Origin: Zootoca vivipara
Taxonomy: Eukaryota
DNA: 64,000 nucleotides
Direction of reading: 5' to 3'
Assembly: GCF_963506605.1 (NCBI RefSeq)
Contig: NC_083277.1
Coordinates: 6,200,001 to 6,264,000 of the forward strand
The translations under genes and the position numbers were made by a program. A model generated the notes under the pieces. That model did not search any database, was not told the DNA's origin, and saw nothing but the letters and a program-made list of their open reading frames with translations. Positions 1 through 10,016 of the stretch are shown here, one piece after another (positions within the stretch are counted from its first letter, which is position 1; each line of letters starts with the position of its first letter).

Positions 1-166
1 GAAGTTTTGATGGATGCAATAATGGAATAGTGAATGGTTTAGTTTATATGAAATATGCAGGGGTTTATGCTATCCAAAATGAACCACGGAAAGAGAAGGG
101 AAGTCCTTGATATTTTAAGGATGTTTAAATGGGTATTCTAAATTGTAAAACAGAACATTTTCTCTC

Positions 167-229
167 ATATATATATATACATATATACATATACATATAC
201 ATATACATACACGCACACACACACATATA
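167..229. repeat. (TA)/(CATATA)/(CA) compound microsatellite
   Basis: Directly visible simple repeat. Confidence 0.9.
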
Positions 230-267
230 TGAGAAAATGGCTAGACTACATCATTCCTGCAACCTGC

Positions 268-324
268 ACTGCAGGGGTTGGACTAGATGACCCTGGAGAT
301 CCCTTCCAACTCTACAATTCTATG
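268..324 (+). mobile_element. CR1-type 3' terminus (one of many short CR1/CR1-tailed SINE ends in the window)
   Basis: GGGTTGGACTAGATGACC...CCTTCCAACTCT..ATTCTATGA, the CR1 3'-end motif; recurs on either strand near 2914, 3715, 16121, 16320, 24620, 25140, 31225, 44325, 56400. Confidence 0.75.
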
Positions 325-1812
325 AAGGGACCCGATTCTGCCTGACTCTTACCATTTTATGAATAGCGGAAAAATTACTGTTTTGCGTTTTAGCATCTAA
401 TGGGGCTGTCCCTCTCTCTGCCAAGGGGTTGTTGCTGTTGTTGTTGTTGTTGTTAATAATAATTAAATTTGTATACCGCCCTATGCCTGCAGGTCTCAGG
501 GCGGTTCATGAGATAAAATCACGATATAAAATACAAAACACAAAATCAAAACAAAAACAACCCAATAACACCCCCCAACACATTTTAAAAGGGCATTGGA
601 TATTGTTGCTTGTGAATCACCCCCTACTTTCCTAGAATCCTAGGAACAAAGGAAGCTGCGGCTGCCTTCTATTGAGCCAGACCCTTGGTCCATGTAGCTC
701 AGCATTGCTGGTACTGACTGGCAGCGGCAACTCTCTGGGGTTTTGTAGGGGAGCCTGCTTGGGATGCCGCAGACTGAACCTGAGACCTTCTACATGCAGG
801 CAGACACCACACCCTTGAGCTGTGACCCCCTTCCATTAAAGGAAGGTGCTAGCCCTCATTGTTCAAAAGGAACAGCTTTTTAAAAAGGCTCACTGTTGTC
901 TACACTGGCTGGCAGCAGCACTCCAGGGTTTCAAAGAGGAGGACCAGGAGATGCCGGACTGAACCTGGGACCTTCTGCACCCCAAGCTGGTGTTCTGCCA
1001 CTGCACAGTGATCCCTTCCGCTACCATTTATTCTCTCCTCCTCCTGCAGCCGCCCCTCTCCCAAGTCCAACCAGCCCCTCCCTCCCCCCTTTTTAAATGG
1101 TTGTACCTTTAACACTCGGCATCCACAGGCGTAAGCTTCCTCCAATTTTCTCCAAAAAGGGAACACAAAAACCCAGTTCCTAGAAGGAGAAGGTGCAACT
1201 CTCAATGCGGCCCCCCTTTGCTTTCCATTTCCTTCCTCTCTAGGGGGGGAAATGAAGAACTCTGTTCTCCCCTTAACCATTAAAGGTCCAAAAAGGACAG
1301 CACTTTCTGCTTGAACTGAACACAAGCAGGATGAATATTATCGCTGTGTTTTCATACATTATAGTCCCAACATTCCTCCAAGGAATTCATGGTGGTGGGC
1401 ATGATTCTTCCCCCTCCCCAAAACACACACACAACAACCTAGTGAGGTAGGCTGCTGGGCCCAAGCTCAATCCGTGGGAATTTGAACCCTGATCCCCTCG
1501 GTTTCTCCAAGGTGCCACAAGGCTCTTTTCTGTTTGCAGCCGGTTACATTCATGCACAGAGATGTGGGTGGCGCTGTGGGTTTGCCGATCAGAAGGTTGG
1601 CGGTTCAAATCCCCGTGCACTTTTCGACAATATTCTAAATTTCTGAGTTTCACCTGTACATGTAATAAAAGTACACATAGCCTCTCTTTCTTCAATTCAC
1701 AGAGTTCTTTCCACAGACCAGTTGCATTCGGTGTGAGATGCTGCTATCATAGGCAGTGTGCAACATTTTTACTACTACCGGTATTTATTAAATTTCTACA
1801 CTACCCTTCGCT

Positions 1813-2545
1813 GGGACGCAGGTGGCGCTGTGGGTTAAACCACAGAGCCTAGGGCTTGCTGATCAGATGGTCGGCGGTTCGAATCCCCGTGATGGGGTGA
1901 GCTCCCATTGTTTGGTCCCTGCTCCTGCCAACCGAGCAGTTCGAAAGCACGTCAAAGTGCAAGTAGATAAATAGGTACCCCTCCAGCGGGAAGGTAAACG
2001 GCGTTTCCGTGCACTGCTCTGGTTCGCCAGAAGCATTGTCATGCTGGCCACATGACCTGGAAGCTGTCTGCAGACGAACGCCGGCTCCCTCGGCTTACAG
2101 AGCGAGATGAGTACCACAACTCCAGAGTCGTCCGTGACTGGACCTAACGGTCAGAGGTAAAGGTAAAGGGACCCCTAACCATTAGGGGGTCCAGTCGTGA
2201 CCGACTCTGGGGTTGCGGTGCTCATCTCGCGTTATTGGCCGAGGGAGCCGGTGTACAGCTTCCAGGTCATGTGGCCAACATGACAAAGCCACTTCTGGCG
2301 AACCAGAGCAGTGCACGGAAACGCCGTTTACCTTCCCGCCAGAGCGGTACCTATTTATCTACTTGCACTTTGAAGTGCTTTCAAACTGCTAGGCTGGCAG
2401 GAGCTCAGGGACCGAGCAACGGAAGCTCAACCCGTCGCGAGGATTCAAACGGCCGACCTTCTGATCGGCAAGCCCTAGGCTCTGTGGTTTAACCCACAGT
2501 GGCACCCGCGTTCCTAACGGTCAGGGGGTACCTTTACCTTTTTAC
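1813..2545 (+). mobile_element. Sauria SINE (outer copy, interrupted at 2155-2512)
   Basis: GGGACGCAGGTGGCGCTGTGGGTTAAACC head, B-box GGTTCGAATCC, tail GGGGTACCTTTACCTT resumes at 2525. Confidence 0.9.
2155..2512 (-). mobile_element. Sauria SINE nested antisense in the outer SINE
   Basis: Reverse-complement full copy flanked by duplicated CCTAACGGTCAG (2143-2154, 2513-2524). Confidence 0.9.
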
Positions 2546-2780
2546 TATCCACAGACTCCACTTAGCCTGTCCTGAGGAACTGAGTGGCTGGAAACTAGAG
2601 AACTGAATCTGAGCTCTCAGAACTGAATCTGAGCAGTGGTGGACTTTGGGCTCTCAGATTTCAGCGATGCTCCTATGCAAGGCTAGAATTTGGCATAACC
2701 CCTCCCCTCCCCTGTTTGGAAGCTGGCCAGTGTGCACCAGGGGGTGAAACTGGCCATTGATCCTGTAATGCTGGCCACTT

Positions 2781-2887
2781 GACCCGGAAGCTGTACACCG
2801 GCTCCCTCGGCCAATAAAGCGAGATGAGCGCCGCAACCCCAATCGTCTGTGACTGGACCTAATGGTCAGGGGTCCCTTTACCTTTAC
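2781..2887 (+). mobile_element. Sauria SINE 3' fragment
   Basis: GGACCTAATGGTCAGGGGTCCCTTTACCTTTAC tail. Confidence 0.8.
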
Positions 2888-4569
2888 ATTCATGCACAGC
2901 CCTTTAAACACTTCATAGAATGTGGAGTTGGAAGGGTACACAATGGTCATCTAGTCCAACCCCCTGCAATGCAGGAAACCTTTTTTGCCCAATGTGAGTC
3001 TTGAACTCACCACCCTAAGATGAAGAGTCTCTTGTTCTACTGGCAGAGCTGTCTGGGGATGCGGGGGTTGAAAGTGGGCCCCCAAAGTTGATGGGCATTG
3101 CCATCAACTTGCCATGTGTGCACTGTGCCATGTGATCAATTATGTGGGCCAGGGCTTACCTGCCCCCCACCCCAAATATTTTATTCAAGTTGGCCCCCTT
3201 GGGTGGCAAAATGTTTTGACCAAGTGATTTTTGTTGCCTAGTTGAGATTACCAGACACCGGTGAAGACCAGATCAGAAGCCTTGCTTTCTTCAAAGCAAG
3301 AAAAGCAAGTTTAAAGCTCATGGCTTTTCCCAGGGAACTGTAGTTCATTAAGGGTGCTGGGAATTGTATCTCAGTGAGGGGGAAACTACAGTTCCCAGGA
3401 GTCTCTGAAAGAACACACCAGTAGCAGAAAATAAAACCCGATCTTGCGCAAGACCTCCCCATTATTTGTGCAACCTATTTTAAAAACATTATTATTATTA
3501 TTAATTGTTAAATTTGTGTTCCACCCTTCATCCATAGCTCTCAGGCCGGTTCACAACATAAAATTACAATATGAGAAACACAAAATGCATCATAAAAATA
3601 AGAAGAAAAACAGACCAATAACCTCCCTCTCACAAACCTCAGAGCCTGGACAGCTCTGTGGGTTGGAGTGTGATGCTGACGATGCCAGGCATCCGATGCT
3701 CTTTTGAATGTTGCACATAGAATCATAGAATTTTGGAGCTGGGAGGGACCCTAAGGATCATCTAGTCCAACCCCTTGCAATGTAGCTGTGGTTGAACCTG
3801 CCAATCAGTCAAAGGATGATCAATCAGCCCAATCTGCAACAATGAAAGACAGGGACACCTTGGAAGCAACCAGCGAGAGATTGCTGTATTTCAAAGTTTT
3901 GATTATTGGGGGGCAAAGTTGTTGCAAAATCTCCAAAAAATAATAACGAAGCTTTCTTAACACAGGCAAAAAGGTACTTGCACAGGGAAGCTTTTTAAGG
4001 ATTAATGTTTTATTATGTATTCATAACTGGCTGGGTTCAAATTGTTTTTTGTTACGCCTTCAAGGAGAAAAGGAAACATGTGTGATTCTTCAAAGGAGAT
4101 GGTGCAATGCAGACCCTGCAGTTCTGGGTTCCTTACTTGGCAGCTGGACTGCGGGCATCCAGGTCCCTGCCAATGGGTCCCAGCAGAGGTGCTTTTTGGG
4201 GGGTGTGGGTGTGGAGAAGTCCCTTTGTCCTTTTCTTCCCTCTCCTCCCTCTCACCACCATCTTCCTGTGGTGTGATTCAAGGACTGGGAAAATATAAGC
4301 ATTTTCCCGTGACCTGCTTCCCAGAATGAAGCAACGTTTTAAAAAGTGGGGAGAGGCTGGAGCCCTGAGACACCCCCTAGGTGAGCGCCCAAGGGTCCTA
4401 ATGCTCGTCCCCCAACACCACTTTCTGGACACGGATGGGAGACTTCATAGGGGCGCCCTTGGTGGGCATCTCAATTCTATTCCAGCAAAGTTGCCCAACA
4501 GGTGCGGGGCAGCTGAGCACAGATTGCCCGGCTAGATGGGCGAGATGGTTATAATAGTACAGTAATAAT

Positions 4570-4932
4570 AATAATTTTATTGTTTGTATGCCGCCCACCT
4601 GAATGGGTTTCCCCAGCCACTCTGGGTGGCTCCCAACAAAGAATAGTAAAAACACATTGCAACATCAGACACTAAAACTTCCCTAAAGAATACCTTCTAA
4701 AAGAGTTGTAATTCTTTATCTCCTTGACATTTGAAGGGAGGGCGTTCCACAGGGAGGGTGCCACTACCAAGAAGGCCCTCTGCCTGGTTCCCTGTAACTT
4801 GGCTTATCGCACTGAGGGAACTGCCAGAAGACCCTTGGAGGAGGACCTCAGTGTCCGGGCTAAACGATGGGCAGGGGGTGCCGTTTAGGCCTTTAAAGGT
4901 CAGCACCAACAGTTTGAATTCTACTCGGAAAC
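4570..4932 (-). mobile_element. L2-clade LINE 3' fragment
   Basis: Homologous to the L2-type 3' ends at 54060-54570 and 60700-61060 (LVLTFKxLNG.. peptide, GGGCGG..(AAT)n end). Confidence 0.7.
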
Positions 4933-4934
4933 GC

Positions 4935-5116
4935 TGTTGTTGTTGTTGTTGTTTAGTCGTTTAGTCGTGTCCAACTCTTCGTGACCCCATGGACCATAGC
5001 ACGCCAGGCACTTCTGTCTTGCACTGCCTCCCGCAGTTTGGTCAAACTCATGTTCGTAGCTTCGAGAACACTGTCCAACCATCTCGTCCTCTGTCGTCCC
5101 CTTCTCCTAGTGCCCT
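4935..5116 (-). mobile_element. BovB (RTE) LINE 3' end
   Basis: Near-identical to 45203-45380; (CAA)n tail and the C-terminal HGVTKS..RLND coding end. Confidence 0.85.
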
Positions 5117-5560
5117 CATTACCTCTTTTGGGCAGGTAGGATCTCAGCCAACATACTGTACCATGGTAAAATGAATGATCAATTTATTATTATTAAATGT
5201 TTAGAAGACACCTGAAGGCAGTCCTGCACAGGGAAGCTTTTTAAGGTTTAAGGTTTTATTATGTATTCATAACTGGCTGGGTTAAAATAAATTGGTTTTG
5301 TTACGCCTTCAAGGGGAAAAGGAAACGTGTGTGATTCTTCAAAGGAGAAAGTGCAATGCAGACCCTGCAGTTCTGGGTTCCTTACTTGGCAGCTGGACTG
5401 TGGGCATCCAGGTTCCTGCCAATGGGTCCCAGCAGAGGTGCTTTTGGGGGGGGGGGGTGGAGAAGTCCCCTTTGTCCTTTTCTTCCCCCTCCTCCCTCAC
5501 ACTACCACCTTCCCACATGCAGCATCTTATTTTTGTCCTCCCTTGCCACCTACCTCCCTT

Positions 5561-7144
5561 TTTTTTAAAACATACTTTTTATTAATTTTACAAAATACAA
5601 AAAACAAAAAACAAAAAAAAACCGGTACATACATAAACACCTTTTCCACCTCCTTCCTACCCACCCACATGGGTCCTCCCCTGCCACAGAAGTATCCCAT
5701 GTATGTGAACAGTCAGAGATGGTCCATTTTATGCTTGGATTTCTGTCCTCCTCCCCCTCCCCTGACCCCAAAGCCCCCCCCTGCCACCAGGGAGCTCCAG
5801 CAAACCAGGGCAGTACGCAGGAGGTCATCCATCCAACCATCTATTGTCATACCAAAAAAAGAGAAAAATAGAAATAGGAAAAAAGAGAAAAAAGAAAGGG
5901 CAAAAAAAGAGAAAAAAACAATACAAAACAGAAAAAATTTTCTTACATTCATAATTGTAAAACCATATTTTGTGGGCTTCCCTTCCCCCCCCCTTCCCCG
6001 GTTTTCATCCCTTTTTTATCATCTGCAACAGTTTCTTACTTTATAAAAATACACCTTTATATCTTATACAACTTATAAATCAATTGTTAACATTTTCATC
6101 TAATATTCAAATCACTGAAAAATCAAACTCCCATTTTATCTTCCCGTGCCTAATTTTTACTCCCTCTATAAGCCTCCATATTTTCACATTTTTCCAAAAT
6201 CCATTCACTTTTAAAACTATAACTATTCTCAATTTAACCTTACATCCCCGATTACCGGCTCCACCCCCCCAATCCAGCAAATTCCATAATCAGCAGACCA
6301 GTTATAAACCTGTTAATCCATCCTTATAATCACAACATCACTTTCCCTTCACCCCACCCCCTGTTTACAGTCTTTTGCCATCCAGGCCACCATACAGGAC
6401 CCCTGAATTTCTTCTCTTCTCTGCATATTTTTTCCTTCTTCCCTGTGGGCGTTCTGGAGTTCCAGTAATACCAATTGTGCCCTCCTCAAAGGCAGGGCAC
6501 TCCATCCAACTTTTTGTAGAGTAAAGTCATCATTTTTTTCGTGGTGTGTTTCATTTTGTGTTGAATCATCACAGTCCTCATCTTCATCTTTTCCTTCTTC
6601 ATCTTCTAAAAAATCATATTCTGCTATCACCATCTGAAATTGTTGCTGTAACTCTTGCCGTCGTATCTCCTCTTGACATAGTTCTATTCTTGTTTCCCAC
6701 ATTAAGGTCAAAACAGACCGCTGGAACTCAGGAGAACACTTTTTTGTTGACATAGTTCAATCCTGCCAAGGTCAAAACTTGTCACGTGGGGTGGAATATG
6801 ATCACAGTTTATTTTCTCGACTCCATTTTAACAAACTGGCTGCATTCTTCAAGTCTTATTAACAATAAAGTTCGAACTCACATTTCACAAACATTTAAAC
6901 CAAAAAAGAAATTCCACAAAGTCCAGAAATACAAAGTGAAATAAAAATTGACTTATAAATCCTGATCAACTCACTGGGTTGTCTGGGCTGCCGGCTCCCG
7001 AGGAAAAGAAAGGTTTTTCTTAGTCTTTACCTCTTGCTGCAGGGCAAGTCTCTCTCCCCTTTCACCCTGCATCAAAGGGGAGATTCTCTTTGATGCCTTT
7101 GAGGGATCCTTTTGAATTGCAAATCTTCTGTTTACGGCTTCGGG
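5561..7144 (-). mobile_element. Unclassified 1.58-kb poly(A)-type retroposon with 16-bp TSD
   Basis: GCCACCTACCTCCCTT duplicated at 5545-5560 and 7145-7160; T-run/AATAAA-like end at left; 134-aa ORF 6349-6753 with no RT/EN motifs I recognise. Confidence 0.75.
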
Positions 7145-7964
7145 GCCACCTACCTCCCTTGTTCAGTTTTCCAATTCCCTTGATTGCAATTTATAGACGC
7201 AAGCAGAATGTCCACTGTCACCCCTCCTCTCCTTTCCAACGCCCCCCCTCCCCACTTCCAGGGGCTCCTTTTGCCCAATTGCCCAGGAAACATATGATTT
7301 AGGGGGAACACTTCAGGTTTGTTTTGGACCAGGGGGGCCCATAGAGCTACGAGTGGAAGAGCAGCCCCTGCCTTGCTTGCACGGCGGAGGAAATTTTTTG
7401 TAGAAATTCCAGCTTTTCTTAACACAGGCAAAAAGGTACTGTTGGCAGTGTTTACATAAATGATTACAAACTCTTTTTAATGCTGTTATTCAAGGACTGG
7501 GGAAATATAAGCATTTTCCCGTGACCTGCAATGTTAAAAAGTGTGGGGAGAGTATGGAGCCCTGAGACACCCCCTAAGTAGACCCCCAAGGGTCCTAACG
7601 CTCGTCCCCCAACACCACTTTCTGGAAACGGCCAACGACTAAGGAGCCGAACCACCACAGAACAGTGCCCCTACCTCCCAACTTTCCTAGACCATGCAGG
7701 AGATGTTAGCATTTGTAATGTCATTTCATTGGGAATGTATTTCACAAAGGACAGGTGGCATTGGGGAAACGAGGTGGCGCTTTCTTGGTCAAATCAGTTC
7801 GCTCTATCTTGACCGCTGAGAGGTCAAGCTGAGAGGTGTGAGGACTTCGTGCAGACGATGACTGGAGGAGTTTGTAAATAATACTCATAGTTCAACAGTT
7901 GCCAACCTGACCAGTAAAGTTTTATTCTAAACGAATTGGGTAAGGTATATATTTTTATCACAAA

Positions 7965-9783
7965 CTAGCTGGCCCTGCCAGGCGTTGCTGTGCATTATTT
8001 GTGTGATTTCCCCTACCCTGTGCCGATCCATGATTCCCCCCTCCTCCCCCCCGGCTTATCCCTATGATTCCCCCAACTCTGTCCTGATCCATGACCTATT
8101 ATGCCCCCTCTTCCCCCCACCCCAGCTTATCCCTGTGATTTCCCTCATCTCCTCCGTCCAACTCCCCCCCCCCCGGGTTATCCCTGTGACCCCTTCATTT
8201 TGCATACAATCATTCCCCCAATGCGCGTGTTCTGTAAAAATTTGCCCTGTCCCAACCCTGACTCCGCTACCCTTGCGTGTTATGTGAAACTAGTATATTT
8301 CAGCCCGTTCAGTAAACGGGCGCTAGCCGGGCGGGAACAGAGGGGAAGCCCTGAGGAGAAGGAAGAGGCCTCTGCCGCCGGCTCCCGCAGCGCGGCTGCT
8401 GGCAACAACAGAGAGCGCTGCAGCGCCGGCGGCCCCACCAGGAAGCCCGGGGCGGAAGCAGCCGTACTCTCTCCCAGCTCCTGCCGAGCTCCCAAGGAGC
8501 GCGGCAGCGTCGGCGGTGCACCTGGGGGATGGAGGGAGGGCGAGGGCAGGTGTCCAGGAGCGCGGCCGCTGGCAGCAACAGAGAGCGCTGCAGCGCCCTC
8601 GGCCCCGCCAGCAAGTCCGGGGCGGAAGCAGCCGCGCTCCCTTCCAGCTCCTGCCGCCCCGGGCTTGCTGGCGGGGCTGACGGCGCTGCAGCGCTTTCTG
8701 ATGTTGCCAGCGGCCGCGCTCCATTGTATGGTTGTCCCGCAGCCGCCAGGCGTGCCATCGCCGCCGCCGCGATCCTTAGCGATCCTTGGTGGGGGAAGCA
8801 TGCAGTCGGTGGGAGGTGGAAGAAGAAGAGGACGACGACGGGGGAAGTATGGAGGATGGGGGGAGGAAAGGAGGACTGCAGTCCCCGAGGCTCCGTTTGC
8901 AACCAGGCCCTTTTGTAGGAAGCGGACGTCCCTGTCCACACGCTTCCGCGGCTTTCAGCGCTCTCTCTGCCCTCTCATGAAAGGTAGCCCTGAGGGCTGG
9001 GAAGGGAGGGAGAAGCTCGAGCAGATCCGGCCGCCGCCTGCACCTGAGCCGGGTGGCAATGCGAGAGGGGAGTGTGAGGGCGAGCGGCGGTTGGCAGAGG
9101 GGGGGGAGAGCGCGCGTGTGTGCGTCCTGTCTCTCCGTCCAATCCCTGTGTCTCTGGGGTACATGCGCAGTACCCCAGGGACACACAGGACAACTGGACG
9201 CAGGGACAACTTGGACATTATTATATAGGATAACATTTATCCTACCCAAAGGCACGGCCCTGTAAAAGGCCCATATTCAGTTGATTCTATGCTGCAGCCT
9301 ATTCGGCTCCCCCCATCCCCCACACAGGCAGGCCCCTACCTCCACTTGGCTTAGTCTGGAAAGATACTGTGGAGAGGGCCCTACCCTGATCTGACCCATT
9401 ACCTATCCCTGCCCCCTATTCGCCTAGTCTGCTGGGCAATGATGGGCCTTGTTGCTGCAAAAGGCCTGTTTTCAGTTGGTTGCTGTGGAATTTTGTAATG
9501 TCATCTGGTGGCGCGGCTTTGGAGGCAGCAGTGGGCAATCTGCCTTTCTTTTGGATGATGCTGGAGTCTTCAGAGCTTCTGCTGGTGATATCTAATTTGT
9601 GTGCCACTTTTTTGCAATTAATAACTTTTTAAGGTATGAAAAGTTTGCTTTTTTGGAAAAAAATATTATGCCAGATCCCTCACTGATGGGCAAGTTACGC
9701 TTTGTCCTAATTTGATGCAATTTGGTTCAGCGGTTACGGAGAAAGGCTGGGACATCTGCACGCGCAATGCCTCATTTTTATAT
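7965..9783 (-). mobile_element. Non-autonomous Helitron, family A (copy 1)
   Basis: 3' CTAG at 7965-7968 next to a GC hairpin-like segment; both termini homologous to the copies at 27497 and 37092; terminal 5' bases abnormal. Confidence 0.75.
8290..9230 (-). mobile_element. Non-autonomous Helitron, family B, nested in copy 1
   Basis: Minus strand starts TCCTATATAATAATG and ends GCCCGTT-TACTG-AACGGGC hairpin + TGAAATATACTAG; inserted between A and T with no TSD. Confidence 0.9.
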
Positions 9784-9794
9784 CACAAATAGGT

Positions 9795-9965
9795 AACCGG
9801 ATACTGTGGTCAATGGCATTAAAAGCCACTGAGAGATCCAGCAGAACCAGGAAACAGCTTTTAGCTTTGTCCCAAGCCCACCAGAGATAATCAACCAGCG
9901 CCAACAAGGCAGTCTCAGTCTGATGGCAGGGCCTGATACCCAACTCGAACAAATGCAAATTCTGC
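9795..9965 (-). mobile_element. L2-clade RT fragment
   Basis: ORF 9734-9979 contains TETALLALVDYL...LVLLDLSVAFNAIDH (RT motif). Confidence 0.8.
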
Positions 9966-10016
9966 AAACAAACATGCATTTAAATTGTTTTTCCCGGGTG
10001 AGTTTGCTGATGTCCT

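Noticed and set aside
3325-3400. ZNF143-like ACTACA..TCCCAG motifs (also ~17600, ~53805) as promoter elements
   Set aside because: They occur as inverted pairs within small MITE-like repeats away from the CpG islands.
8101-9265. 375-aa and overlapping ORFs as a gene
   Set aside because: Stop-poor GC-rich Helitron interior, open in most frames, no domain.
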